Notes under the pieces: generated by a model
Databases searched by the model: none
Seen by the model: the letters and a program-made list of their open reading frames with translations, nothing else
What the model was told of the DNA's origin: nothing
Made by a program: the position numbers and the translations under genes
Part shown: piece by piece, positions 40,445 to 54,131 of the stretch
How positions within the stretch are numbered: position 1 is the stretch's first letter
How the letters are laid out: every line of letters begins with the position of its first letter
Assembly (NCBI GenBank): GCA_951406725.2
Contig: OX597814.1
Span: 33,976,001 to 34,040,000 of the forward strand
Source of the DNA: Octopus vulgaris
Taxonomy: Eukaryota
Reading direction: 5' to 3'
DNA length: 64,000 nt

Positions 40445-41750
40445 TTAGAGAGAGAAGGCAATAACATTTGCATACATGATGGGTATGCCCATCCTCATGG
40501 GTGAGGGTCAGGGGCCTCAGACAACTGTCACTCTTCTCTACACATTGATGTCTTGTGCAGCAACTGTACATTCTGCATGGGTCCGCTCAGTCCGGTCCTT
40601 GAAGTCATCACTCCTTTGTCTTTGTCGTTTGCTAGCCCGTTTACCGTCCACTCAGTTTCCAAGAAAGTGAGCATAGATGTTCTACGCCCTGATGACGTGG
40701 TCAAAATATTGCAGCTTTAGCTGTTAGATTGTCATCAGCAAGTCCCATTCTACTCTCATCTCTGTCAAACTGATCTGCATCAACCTCAGTTATTTGGTGT
40801 CCACCACTATTACGGTGGACACATTCATGATTCACATTCTAATGCTCCCGGCCAAATTAGGGTTTTTAGAAGTTATAGCTTGATGTTTTTGCTGAGGGTA
40901 CAGTCTCTCCATATTGTACTGAATGACATCAGGGTTGATCTTTCTGCACAAAGTCTTGCTCTGATTTCCCAACTGCAGTCTACACAATGGAGCCCAGGTC
41001 CTTGAACTTGTCAACCTGGGCTAGCTTCATCTCTTGGTATTGTACGGTAGCTGTTCCGGTTATCTAGTGGCTGTCATGTTCTTTTTGGTACTAATCTCTA
41101 GGTGAAGCTCACTGGAGTTTTAAGTAAATTTGTTAATCTGTCTCTGAAGCTCATCCGGCGAAGTAGTCATCAGTATAACTAGAGTTATTTTAGTTGCCAG
41201 CCGCTGGTGCATAGATCGATCCAACCGAAGTAGTTCATTGATCCAAGATTTCTTTGCCAAACTCCTTTTCTGATGCTAAACCAGTATCCCACTCAGCCAA
41301 CTGCTGACCATATACGGTCTCCTCAGAAAGTTGACTGCTGAACCCTCGATTCTCATCGTCTATAACACCTTCTACAATGTGAAAAGATCCAGACTGAGCC
41401 AAATGTCTTTATAATCAGTGAATGATATATACAGTAGAACATTATATTCCTTGACTTTCTCCATGGTAGTCTTGATATTAAAAATATTGCTTCTCAGGTC
41501 CACTCTTTTATGAAACCCCATTTCCACTTTCACGAGTTGTTCTTTCGTAGCCCGTTCCCCACTCTTCTGTAGATTTCTCAGGAAGATCTTGTGGGTGTGT
41601 TTGATGAAGGCTGTGGTATAATGCTCCGAGCATTCAACAGTGCCTGAATGCTTGGGCAGTTTAATGAAGACAACTTGCATCCAGTCCGTTGGCCATTTGC
41701 CCATCACGCAGACCTTGTTACATTGCTTGGTGAGGACCTTCGTCATCATT
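40445..41750 (-). mobile_element. RTE-clade LINE remnant (RT domain, internally deleted)
   Basis: GKWPTDWMQVVFIKLPK...ECSEHYT...GFHKR...NIFNIKTTMEKVKEYNVLLYISFTDYK (RTE-like RT N-terminal motifs) and a YTDD motif near 41170. Confidence 0.8.
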
Positions 41751-41794
41751 TTACTATTTCTTTTCAGTAACTTCGCAGGAAGAGCGTTTGGGAG

Positions 41795-41925
41795 GCGCGC
41801 CGAGGTCGACTTTGCCTTTCATCCTTTCGGGGTCGATTAAATAAGTACCATTTACGCACTGGGGTCGATATAATCGACTGGCTTCCTCCCCCAAAATTCG
41901 GGCCTTGTGCCTAGAGTAGAAAAAA
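41795..41925 (+). mobile_element. SINE family A, 5'-truncated
   Basis: GCCGAGGTCGACTTTGCCTTTCATCCTTTCGGGGTCG core with A-rich tail. Confidence 0.8.
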
Positions 41926-42752
41926 AAAAAAAAAGAATTCCTTCTTTCACTTCAGCGTCAAGAATTTTAGGCATGAAATGTGACATGTTACTGTTGCCTT
42001 TACTATCACCATTTGCATCAATAACGATTTGGGTATAGATATGCTCTCCTTATTCCTTCCACCTCCCCGGGACGTCTTTCATGTCTATCAGGATTCGGCG
42101 CTCATTATTTTTGATATTGCGTTGTTTTGCTTACAACAAACACAGATGAACTAGGAAAATCTAATTTTAACAAGGCGATCGAGACAAGACATGGTTTCGC
42201 TACAGATTAATAACCACGATAGAATATTCTATACCAGGCAGCAAAATGCGTCCTCGTAAATATCAAAAATGCCAAATAAATGGGACAAGAATGAGCTAGA
42301 GAAGGCTAGCAGAGTATTTTCCCAAATATATCAGTAAAAGTAGTGTATTGCCAATTGTGGTAATCAGGATTAAACAACGGAGCGCAGTAAAATTGAGATA
42401 GCGTGTTCAACTGATTCTGCTTAGTACATGGGAAACGATGGAATACAGAAATAAAGAAAAACCCAAAGTATAAGAGACAGGAAACAATGTGAAAAACTAA
42501 AGGAAGATATTTACGGTCCCTATTATCCCCTAACTATTATTGTATAAGCTGATGCAAAACAAACGCACGGCATCAACAGTTGAGTGACGTTTGTTACGCA
42601 AATAGAATCAAGAAAGCGAAATCGTGGACGCTGACAAAATGAATGGGTCACATTCAAAATAGGACTCAAGGAAAGCTACTAGGGGACCCAGACTGGCCCT
42701 AGCTTGGCTCCACTAATAATATACGTGTGTTTGTGTGTGTGTGCGAGAGAGT

Positions 42753-43075
<323 letters not shown>

Positions 43076-43149
43076 ATATTTTACTATAAAATTGGATTCA
43101 ATCCTAAATCTGATTTTTCCCTGTAAGTTTGGATTTATTCCCTAATATT

Positions 43150-43197
<48 letters not shown>

Positions 43198-43199
43198 GT

Positions 43200-43562
43200 T
43201 TATGAATTTGCGTTGCAAGATTCCTGATGTGAAACCGTGTGTTGAAACAGATATTGTCGTATTTCAGGATGGTCATTTATTTATTTTTTTTTTACCAAAT
43301 AAACACACGCACTATATATTCGTCCTTCGCCCTTTTATTACTGTTCTTATTTTACTTCATGTCCATTGTCCGGAAATCTTTTGTCACACATCTGCGACCT
43401 CTTCAGCGACACTTTCCGTCCTCGTGTGTGCTCCTGTTCCGCTTAATCCATTGGACTCAGCGGAACAGGAGCACACACGAGGAAGAACGAATATATAGTG
43501 CGTGTATTTGATTGGCAAAAAAAAAAAAAAAAAAGAAAGACCATTCCGAAATATAACAATAT
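43200..43562. repeat. Nested inverted repeat (Penelope-like terminus)
   Basis: Perfect 25-bp stem 43419-43443/43459-43483; outer arms ~43251-43323/43487-43562; flanked by (TA)n. Confidence 0.8.
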
Positions 43563-43580
43563 ATATATATATATATATAT

Positions 43581-44056
<476 letters not shown>

Positions 44057-44694
44057 TAATATACATACATACACACACACATAATATTTTTTTGCAGTAT
44101 TTAAACTAGTTATTAAATGGAGTGGCAAGGCTCTTTAGTTTGAGTCAAGACAGCTCTTCGGGTTTGTGGTTAGCAGAAATGGTTGACGTGTGCAAATATA
44201 TATGTGTGCTTTTGAATAAACGTGCACTTGTTTTGTCTGTGCGTGTGTGTATTTGTATGCGTGTATGTATGTATGTCTTTATGTTCATGTTTATGCATGT
44301 ATGCACGTGTATGTGCGCATTCATAATAGATTTTACCCTCTTATATCTAAGACTTCTTTTTATATGGTTAGGAGAGATATTAGGGTAATTTATATGATAT
44401 TAATATTTATTATTAGTGATTTTTTTTTTCTTTATCGACATCAGGCCTTTTGTAAAAAATTTTACTAAAAACATCTAAGTCGGGTTATTTCAATGTAGCT
44501 GATATTGCACGTCTTTTGCCCTCTACATCATTGCTGTCACTGATTATAATGACCACAGAGTGAAATTTTGGCACCTTGTTCATTGTAAACTCGCCCCCAC
44601 TTCAAGTGATAAAAGAAACAGAAGACAAAACGAAAGGAAGAATGCAAATGGAGAATCACACACAAAAAAAAAAACGACAAATACCACCACCATT

Positions 44695-44752
44695 ACTACT
44701 GCTGCTACTACTACTACTACTACTACTACTGCTGCTACTACTACTGCTGCTG

Positions 44753-44803
<51 letters not shown>
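44695..44803. repeat. (CTA)/(CTG)n trinucleotide tract
   Basis: Direct reading. Confidence 0.9.
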
Positions 44804-44804
<1 letters not shown>

Positions 44805-45552
44805 ATAACAAACATTAAGTGTTGAATTATATAAAATGTAGGAAGCAAGGTGTTGGAAAGATTACTTAAACGCTGTTGCCAAATGTTCAGTTATTTTACT
44901 GTTCTTAACCTTCGTTCATCGTCTGCTAAAACCGCATTGTCTATTACGTCAGCCAGAAATTAACCAATGGGTGCTCAATTCTCCTTTTCCTTGCAGTTCC
45001 TCCTCTTCTCTCTCTCTCTCGCTCTCTGTATGTCACTTTCTCTCTCTCTCTGTCTTATGTCTCTGTCTGCATATATGCATGTCTCTCTCTCATTCTCTCT
45101 GTCTTTGTTTCTATTTCTCTGTCTGTCTCTCTTTCCCTCTCAGTATTGTTATACTTGACCCCCATCACCTTCTTTTCCTATCTTCTCTTCATTTCTCTCT
45201 TCTTTCGATTCATTTTCCCCATTCCCGAATCTTTTATCTTTTCACTAATATCGAACTTATTTTAGAATGTATTTTCTGAAATTCAGCCTATAGTTTTACT
45301 CTGCTATGTAATGAATGATCATATTTTCCAATATATCTGTTAAAACATATTCCCCAGAGAGCGAATGTAATTAGCAATTTATTCATTTGTTTGTTAATCA
45401 TTCATATTTAATAATGCTGTCAAAATTTCATTTCTTTTCTCTAAATTGATGTGTAGCTGTTCTCTCTCCCCTATGACTTGAAATAATTGAACAATCATAC
45501 AAACTACGAAGTCATCTCTTTGTTTATAATCTCTGGGTTTGTTGCCCTAAAC

Positions 45553-45809
45553 CAGTGGTTCTCAAGGGGACCCACACGACCTTTACGGGCCCATATAAGA
45601 TTTTGTGAGAATTTTATGTGCTATAAATCGGTTACACTTCTACGATACACAAAATATTTTAACTATTTTTTTTATACAATTCCTAATGATATTTAATTAT
45701 AAAAATATAATAGGACTTTTTAAGCATCGACTGCTTATAGGGGTCTATCCGAGTAAAACAGGAATCAAAGGGTCTGTCCATAGGTAAAAATGATTGAGAA
45801 GAACCACTG
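45553..45809. mobile_element. hAT (Buster-type) MITE
   Basis: TIRs CAGTGGTTCTCAA / TTGAGAAGAACCACTG, the same terminus as the element at 35503; degenerate 8-bp TSD CCCTAAAC / CTCTTAAC. Confidence 0.75.
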
Positions 45810-46687
45810 CTCTTAACTAAAATCCGACAAGCTATTTAATGTTAAATTAAAATTTATATAAGGCAACAGAATGGACAGAAACAATAGAACACCAGACTAA
45901 TATTAATTCTTGTCAAAAGAAACTTATATTTAATTCTATCCCTCGTTGTTATCATTTCAAGTCCTGTTGGGTTCACTTTAGCTTTCATGCTCTTATCTTC
46001 AATTATAATTCCATTTATATTTAGGATGTATTATAGAACTCGACTTCAGTACTTCACTAGTACTTTCTCGATACTCAAAAGAACAAAAGCAGAGTTGATA
46101 TCGGCAGCAATTCAACTCAGATGAGCAACAGCCATTTTGCCCAACCCTCAAAAGATTCTTCGAATTGATAAATACACAATACCAGTAATATACTCATTAA
46201 AACATTGTAATTACTCGTATGAAAATTGGCTTGTTACAGAAATCTATGTTTACTCTATACTTTACGATAGAATTTCTTTTAATATTATGCCGCGATGTTC
46301 CATCGACAAAATGCAACTTGAAATCCACTCTACAGTAGTAATAGTTGTATTTTAGATAAAATGTTTGTTAAGATATTGATTTCTGAGAAGGAGATACAAG
46401 GTCAATGTTTTTAGGGGGATGTATATAGACAAATAAATCTACTTATAACATTTTATTAGTACTTGTTTCATAGATCCCAGCGAGATAAAAAAAATAAAAT
46501 CGATCCTGATATAAAATATCGAACTGCAAACTGTAAAGCATCCAGTTAGGATTTAAATTTATTGGCTATTTTCATTGCCAGGAAGAAAAAATTATGAAAA
46601 CAATGGAAAAAATATTATTTAAAGCAGCTTTTTACATAGCAAAAATATATCAAAGATGCAAGAATACACACGCACGTACGAATACGC

Positions 46688-46886
46688 TAACCAATGGTTT
46701 CAGGCAAAGACGTCTTTACAATTATTCAAGTGTGCCACATGGAAGTGTTTGCATTCTCATCCATTTTGTAAGCGAATACATGAAGTAACTTCGTGTATTC
46801 TCATTCAAAATGGAGACGAGTATCAGCACTTCCTTGTTACACACTTGAACAATTGTAAAGATGTATTCGCATGAAACCATTGGTTA
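46688..46886. repeat. ~200-bp imperfect palindrome (foldback/MITE-like)
   Basis: TAACCAATGGTTTCA...ATACATGAAGT-A-ACTTCGTGTAT...TGAAACCATTGGTTA; the arms are complementary along their whole length. Confidence 0.85.
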
Positions 46887-48092
46887 TCTTGTTAACCCAC
46901 AATTAAAGAGTATATATATATATATATATATGGGTGGAGGAAAATTGGTAACTGGGGGAAAATGAGTAATTTCTGATTTTGCATAGTTACGAAGTATAGC
47001 CAAGCAGAAAAGATCCTTTCCATGATCCTCTCGGCAGCGTGAGCAAAACTTCACCCACGAGCGATTGTCTTACCACTACTGAATTAAAAGTTCCTTTACC
47101 AGTTCGTACCACCTCATAGAAACTCCCTCATTAGTTTGAAGAATAATTGATGATACTCTCATAAACCCGAGTCCGATATTTTACTGTGTCTAGCTTATGG
47201 TATTTTCTGCTTGTATTAACATCTCTCTGAAGTCAACTTTACCTTTCATCTTGCCTAAAAGTGAACATCTATAATTGAAATTGAATCCTTCGGTTGTTCT
47301 AAAACATATGACTCCAGTGCTTACGAGGAAAATATACACATGATATTCTTCTACGGTTTGTTCATGGCCTATAGATGTAACGCTTTCAACAATCCATCTT
47401 AGCTATGGGCAATCGAAAAAATAATCTACCTATAGTATTATTCTGACACGATACGGCAGTGTTGGTAACGTTATAGCAAATCTTAAGCTGTATTTACTAA
47501 TTCTTATTTTCATATCGAAAAAAGGTCTTTTGACTGAGCTTGTACCCACAATCTCAGTGAAAGAAGCTTCAATAAGCTGTGGAATTTACATAATTTCAAC
47601 AATCTTACAATTTTCAAAATAACCGGGCAATTTTCACGGGTACTAATAGTTGATAAATAGTTAGGTAGTCACAAGAGAGTTTTCCAAAACAATTAACTTT
47701 GAAAAAAAGTTCGCTTCATTTGTTTAGAATCCAAGAGATAATTATTGAGATCAAATGCAAATCGTGAAAACTGGACACACAATTAAAAGACAAAATAATC
47801 TCTATTTATTCATAACATTTAAATACAAAGAAACAGGGAAAAGATCAGAAGGGGAAAAGAAAGGAAAAGGGGTGAGTTGGGGGTAAAGCAACAGAAGCTG
47901 GAGAAGGAGAGGCGATGGACCACATACTCCAGAACGAATGGTGTATTCAGTCGTGCAACGCAGTAATGAACGCTGTGGTATGGCCGTGGAGAATAGCCAG
48001 TGACAGTCGTTTGTTTAGGCAGCCACTTCCCTCTCGAAGTATGCTACAGATGTCATTGATCGTCTGTCATATCGAGACTGGTATTTATTTCG

Positions 48093-48328
48093 CGGCGAGC
48101 TGGCAGAAACGTTAACACGCCGGGCAAAATGCTTTGTGGTATTTCGTCCGCCGCTGCGTTCTGAGTTCAAATTCCGCCGAGGTGGACTTTGCCTTTCATC
48201 CTTTCGGGGTCTCTAAATTAAGTACCAGTTACGCACTGGGGTCGATATAATCGACTTAATCCGTTTGTCTGTCCTTGTTTGTCCCTTCTGTGTTTAGCCC
48301 CTTGTGGGTAGTAAAGAAATAGGTATTT
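48093..48328 (+). mobile_element. SINE family A, full length
   Basis: GGCGAGCTGGCAGAAACGTT head, core and tail as in other copies. Confidence 0.9.
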
Positions 48329-49499
48329 ATTTCATAGATATCATAGGAATTAAGGTAATTTTCATTTTCTTGAGATTTCAGTGACAATGAATACACAGTC
48401 ACAGATTATTTACATTTAGTGTCGTTGCGAAATTGACCCAAGATGGGCTTTTCAATAGCTTAGGATGAATGATAAATTGATAGGTTTCATTATTTAACAA
48501 TTCATTATAATTCACTCGTCCAGTCTACCACCAACTGAACTGATGATGATAGTAATAGAAGAAAGAGTTTCATATGTAAAACAGTTGGTTAAAAAACTTC
48601 GATTAACTATCCGATTAGCGGGCAACGACTCCCGCTCAGAGTGTTTAAAATTTAAAAACATTTACTCCAATAAGGTTTCCGAAACAAAAAATTTTAGAAA
48701 ATAAAAGACGATATAGATGGGTTTGGATTTGGGTCTTGGACGCCAAAAGTCATTTATACAAATTCATGCCATCGGCCCATTTTAGTTACTTCCTTTTGCT
48801 AATTTTTGTTCCGAAAATTTAGTGCGGATAATGCAGAAAAAAAAAACAACAAAAAAAAAAACATAAAGACAACTTAGTCATAGTGTAAGGGAAATAATTG
48901 TAATACATAATCTTTTACAGTTGTTTCCCTTGCACCATCATCATGATCAATAATTTTTATCTTTGACTCAATGCCATAATCCACGGTGAATGAACATGAG
49001 CACAGGTCAATACGATTATATGACTTACAGATTTTGCCGAAGGATGAAAGGTAAAGTCGTAATCGTCGGTTTTGTAAAGGGGCGTAAAATGAATATGGTA
49101 TTCTCTGTTATTCTCCTGTTTCTTTTATTTCACTACTTTCATTACCATTATCATCATTAATACCTTAGTTACAGAATGAAAAACACAGAGCATCCATTAT
49201 TCTGTACAGAGCTTGCGAAGCAAAACATCAAATAACTGAGTTATCCTCAGAGCGGAGATCTGGGCTGAGTACTTGCAGCAGAAAGAAGTCTGCTAAAAGC
49301 CCTGAAAACCAAAATGGTTATGGCTGAAGCCATGTTATTTCACACTCCTTCTAAACGTGTTATTTTATACAACTATTTTATTTTCAGGATCTTTTTGGTT
49401 TGAACGGTAGTTTTTTCGAGCGGTGTCATATGAAATTGTCACCCATAATTATGACCCTAGTATCGATCTATTGCATTTCAATCTGTTTTAGGGTTAGGG

Positions 49500-50155
49500 T
49501 GGACTTCAGAGCAAGGTTCTGTCCTACTAAGGATGTCAGAGCTGAAGTGACATTGGTTGCATGTCCAGTTAGAAAAATTATTGACTTGAACCTTAGTTAT
49601 GCCAAGGCAGCTCCGGTGGTAACTTAGACTACACAAGTGGTATTTGATGGTCTTCAAATAGCAACTTGTACGGGTGCATAGAACACAGCTTGGAGATGAA
49701 ATGGCACTATCATTGGGGTCAGCATTAGAATTAGGATCAGATGGTAAGGGGGGAAGGATGGGACTGGAGGTAGAGGGGGTAGCTGAGTGAACAACATTAA
49801 CTCTGGTGGTGGGATTCGGTTGGGGTGCAGGAGGTGATGCAGGCAGGCTAGCTGTAACAGGAGTGTTGGGATGAATAAGGGGAGGTGGGGAAGGTTAGTG
49901 ATGGAGGTAGAGAGGAAAGCTGGATGAAGAGTGTTAATACTGGCAGTGGGGTTTGGCTGGGGGTGCAGGAGGTGATGGCGGTAGACTGGCTATTATGGGA
50001 GTTGTAGGGTGAATAAAGGGATTATCAGGCCTAATACCAGCCGAATCTGATGGTGGAAGGAGTTGGGGAGAAATAGGGGGGATGCGAATTAACTTCCCTA
50101 GAATGTGATGGAGGAGGTGGGAAGCGAGAGGACAAAAGCTGGTAGGGTGTGACAA
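49500..50155 (-). pseudogene. Pro-rich plus PHD-finger coding remnant, probably from a retrotransposon ORF
   Basis: Minus-strand frame reads ...SSPSCVLCTRTSCYLKTIKYHLCSLSYHRSCLGITKVQVNNFSNWTCNQCH (49548-49688 encodes the C4HC3-like core); in-frame stop at ~49895. Confidence 0.6.
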
Positions 50156-50194
50156 AATTGTTTAACCATGTTTGTCTCCTGGTTACTCGGCACA

Positions 50195-50510
50195 TACTCT
50201 TTACTCTTTTACTCTTTTACTTGTTTCAGTCATTTGACTGTGGCCATGCTGGAGCACTGCCTTTAGTCGAGCAAATCGACCCCGGGACTTATTCTTTGTA
50301 AGCCTAGTACTTATTCTATCGGTCTCTTTTGCCGAACCGCTAAGTGACGGGGACGTAAACATACCAGCATCAGTTGTCAAGCAATTCTAGAGGGACAAAC
50401 ACAGACACACAAACACATACATATATATATGTCCAAGATGCCACGCAGTGGGACTGAACCCGGAACCATGTGGTTGGTTAGCAAGCTACTTACCACACAG
50501 CCACTCCTGC
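50195..50510 (-). mobile_element. SINE family B copy (internally deleted)
   Basis: Reverse complement of 34903-35290 with a (TAAAAGAG)n tail. Confidence 0.85.
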
Positions 50511-52711
50511 TTTCCTATCCTCAATGACTACTAGTACAGATTCTACAGGAAACTTTCTTTCTTATGATGCATATCATTAGTTGCTAACTCTTGAGAATTT
50601 CAATGAAATAAATGCTCTTGGTATCAACAATGCCATTTACCATATCTGACATCATAAACTAACAAAACTGCCTGCAAATGTCCTCCGTGTATCTTTCATT
50701 TTTTGAAATACAAGTTTTCCATCATTGCAGTCTGCATTGTAGGGCTCACTCTGAACCACATTCTATCAACTTTGGTATATTCTTGCAGTTAGTTCTAATC
50801 ACATGTACTCTCCTACACAGAAGAGATCCCTTTCTACTCTTTTTTAGCCATCAACACACTCCAGGCATTTCATACCAAACTTACACATCATCATTATTTA
50901 ATGATTGAATAATGGGAGGCAAGGTTCACAATATTGGATGAATATCGCCTTCTCCCATTAAAATTGTTCTTTGTGTTGTTTCAGACTCCAGCAGGTGAGG
51001 AAAGAAGTCTCAAATGGAAATGCAAATTCACAACCAGTTTTATTTACATAGTTACACAGAATAAATGAAGTGTGTTGCTCTCAGTAGACCATCTCAAGCT
51101 GTGTATGTTTTGTTGTATCTTCGTTAACGCAGACCCATTACCTCTGGAGATACGATGTGCAAACAGGACTAGCCTGGAGACCCAGCCAGCGAATATGTGT
51201 GTTCAGCAAGTGCTTGCGGTGAAGAAGAGAGGGAATCTGTTTGTTGGACCCTTATATCCAGTTTGCCATCACAAGCCTTGTTGTGATCTTGCGCATGGCA
51301 AATGAATGCAGGTGAGATCTCGCTCCAGTCTCAGAGATGGCAATGGCTCCTGGCAAGATCTCATCCAATATGGTGCTGATTGCTTGTGTCGCTACAATTG
51401 TTTTCCATGCTGGCATGGGTTGGATAGTTTGACAGGAGCTGGCAAGGCAAGAAGCCATACCAGGTTCCATAGTCTGTTTTGGCATGGTTTCTACAGCTGG
51501 ATGCCCTTCTTAATGCCAGCCACTTTACAGAGTGTGCTGATTGTTTTTATGTGGCACTAGCACCAGTGCTTTTTTTACATGGCACCATCACCAGTGCTTT
51601 CTTCTTGGCACCAGCACTGACAACACCCCCTCAACAGGAAGTGGGAAGTAGTATTGAGGGAGCATGGCTTTGTGCCTATTGAGAGATTTAAGGTACAGAG
51701 GGAACAGATATAGGTGACTTGCTGCAGAGTAGATACATGGCTATCCCAGTTTCAAAACACAGAGTCCATGAATAGAGACCTTGGAAACATCCTTTGTTTC
51801 CTTCAACTGCATGACTGTTACACTTGAACAACAAAACTAAACCCTTCAAACTTGCCCCAAATTCTAAGCTTCACAACCTCTGAAGATTTCTGATAGCAAA
51901 ACTACATCCAAAACTAGTATTCCACTATAAAGCCTGGAAATAATTCAGCTCTGATCAGTTGCCAACTCTCAGCAAAGCTTACATTCAACCTTAGAATTAT
52001 AGAGTATTACTTAAATATCTGGGGAAGTCCAGCTACACCTCTTCTCTACATAAATATCTAGTAATTATATATTTAATGTTAATATCTGAAATGATCTGAT
52101 CAAAATGTTTCTAATGAATTATTAAAGCAACTAAACCAGGCTTCCAGACATGTGATTTCTCTGTCTCTCTTTTACACACACGTGTGTGTGTGTGTATGTG
52201 TATATATATGTGTGCATACACACACACACACACATATATATATATACATACACACATGTGCAAGTGTATGTGTATATATGTATATGTATACCAAACTGAC
52301 TGACTGTTGCATATTTCTATAGATTGGAATAGATGTCCATAAACATAAAAATGCTGAAGAATTTGATGAGATATATGAACTAACACAGGAGCACACTATC
52401 TAAGGAAGTGACACCATCAGCAATCATTACTTTGTTTGGTTGGAGCTATTTGAAGTCATGCATTTGGCACAGGTGTGGCTGTGTGGCAAAAAGCTTGCTT
52501 CCCAACCACATGGTTTCAGATTCCGTCCCATTATGTGGAACCTTGGACAAGTGCTTTCTATTATAATCACCCAAATTCTTCAGCATTTTCATGTTTATGG
52601 ACATCTATTCCAATCTATAGAAATATGCAACAGTCAGTCATATACTAAAAAGAGGTAATGTCTCTGAATCTGCCAGCAATTGATTTATTGCTTTTATTTC
52701 TAGCAAAAGTG

Positions 52712-53070
52712 TGGAGGCGCAATGGTCCAGTGGTTAGGACAGCAGACTCGCAGTTGTAGAATCGCGGTTTCGATTCCCAGACCGGGCTAACCAAAGCCTT
52801 GTAAGTGGATTTAGTAGACAGAAACTGAAAGAAGCTTGTCGTATATATGTGTGTGTGTCTTTGTTTCTGTGTTTGTCTCTCACCACCACTTGACAACCAG
52901 TGTTGGTAAGTTTATGTCCCCATAACTTAGTGGTTGGGCAAGAAGAGAATAAGTACCAGGCTAAAAAAAAAAAGAAAGTTTTGGGATTAAATCATTCAGG
53001 TAAAATTTCTTCGAGGCAGTGCCCCAGCAAGGCCACAGCTTAATGATTGAAACAGGTAAAAGATAAAAGA
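52712..53070 (+). mobile_element. SINE family B variant with a different tRNA-like head
   Basis: GGAGGCGCAATGGTCCAGTGGTTAGGACAGCAGACTCGCAG...GGTTTCGATTCCC joined to the family B body. Confidence 0.8.
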
Positions 53071-53306
53071 TAAATCAAATAATAAATGCAGTGTCTGTCG
53101 AGATATGGTAATTCTACGTACATTTACATTCAATTTTGTATTACCATTATTCATTATTGCTAGCCACCAGTGAATAATCAAACAAAATTATATGGTAATC
53201 CTGTAAGGGACATGAGACTAATGTACTTAAATTGAAAGTATACTTAAACTAGAATATCTTCCATTTCATGTTCTTAAATTATAATTTTTGTCGTTTCATT
53301 TTCTAG

Positions 53307-53529
53307 CGAGAATGTATCAGCATCCATGTTGGACAGGCTGGTGTGCAAATGGGCAACTCATGCTGGGAGTTGTATTGTCTGGAGCACGGGATTGAACCTG
53401 ATGGGAAAAAGTCTGAAGAACAAAATGCTGAGAATACAGATGACTCTTGTAACACTTTCTTTTGTGAAACAGAGAAAAAAATGCATGTACCTCGTGCCAT
53501 ATTCATAGATTTGGAACCTACTGTAATTG
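53307..53529 (+). CDS. Alpha-tubulin, exon 2 (codons 2-76)
   Basis: Acceptor tttcattttctag|CGA; [29 protein letters not shown]...[15 protein letters not shown]; donor G|gtaagt. Length 223 nt, consistent with the conserved alpha-tubulin introns after the ATG and within codon 76. Confidence 0.95.
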
Positions 53530-53555
53530 GTAAGTATCGGTCTTTGTTCTGGCCC

Positions 53556-53587
<32 letters not shown>

Positions 53588-54131
53588 GTGAGAGAGCAGT
53601 ACATGCCATCAAAGTGACACTGGGGTAAAATATAAGAAGCCCAGTATACCCATCATGACTACCCGTCTGATAAGGTTACACCAGGCACATGCATCACGAC
53701 CATATGTGCACGACATGGTGATCTCATATCAAGATAAACAGCACATGACCTTGCAGGTGGGGCCCAGTTAGAATTTTCTTCAGGTTGAGTAATCCATCCC
53801 GCTCAAAAGGTCCCCGAATAAGGGTTGTTTAAGGATGATGAATGAATCACCCATGTTTCCAGAGGTGAATTATTCAAACCCAAAAGAATCCCTCTCAACA
53901 CACGGCTATGATGCTCCCTCACTACTTCTGCTCGTGATCAGAGATGCACGTGTTGTCAGCCACTAAGGGACATGCTCAACTGGTTACGGTCAAACAACTG
54001 ACAAGCAAATCTGTGGTATTGAACAGAATATTTGCTGTAGCCCATCTTTTATACCAAGACAAAACAATATACATGATAACACTTCCAATCAGGAGCCATG
54101 AGAGCCACTGCCTGGTACTGCATCAGGACAG
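53588..54131. mobile_element. Family C element in (TTA)n (copy 2), inside the tubulin intron
   Basis: Highly similar to 33588-34143; (TTA)n flanks. Confidence 0.85.

Noticed and set aside
49487-49500. Interstitial telomere or chromosome fusion site
   Set aside because: Only ~2 TTAGGG units, at the end of a dispersed-repeat-like segment; the same applies to 35914-35930.
52712-52785. tRNA gene
   Set aside because: A and B boxes are present but there is no complete acceptor stem, and it continues into a SINE body; it is a tRNA-derived SINE head.
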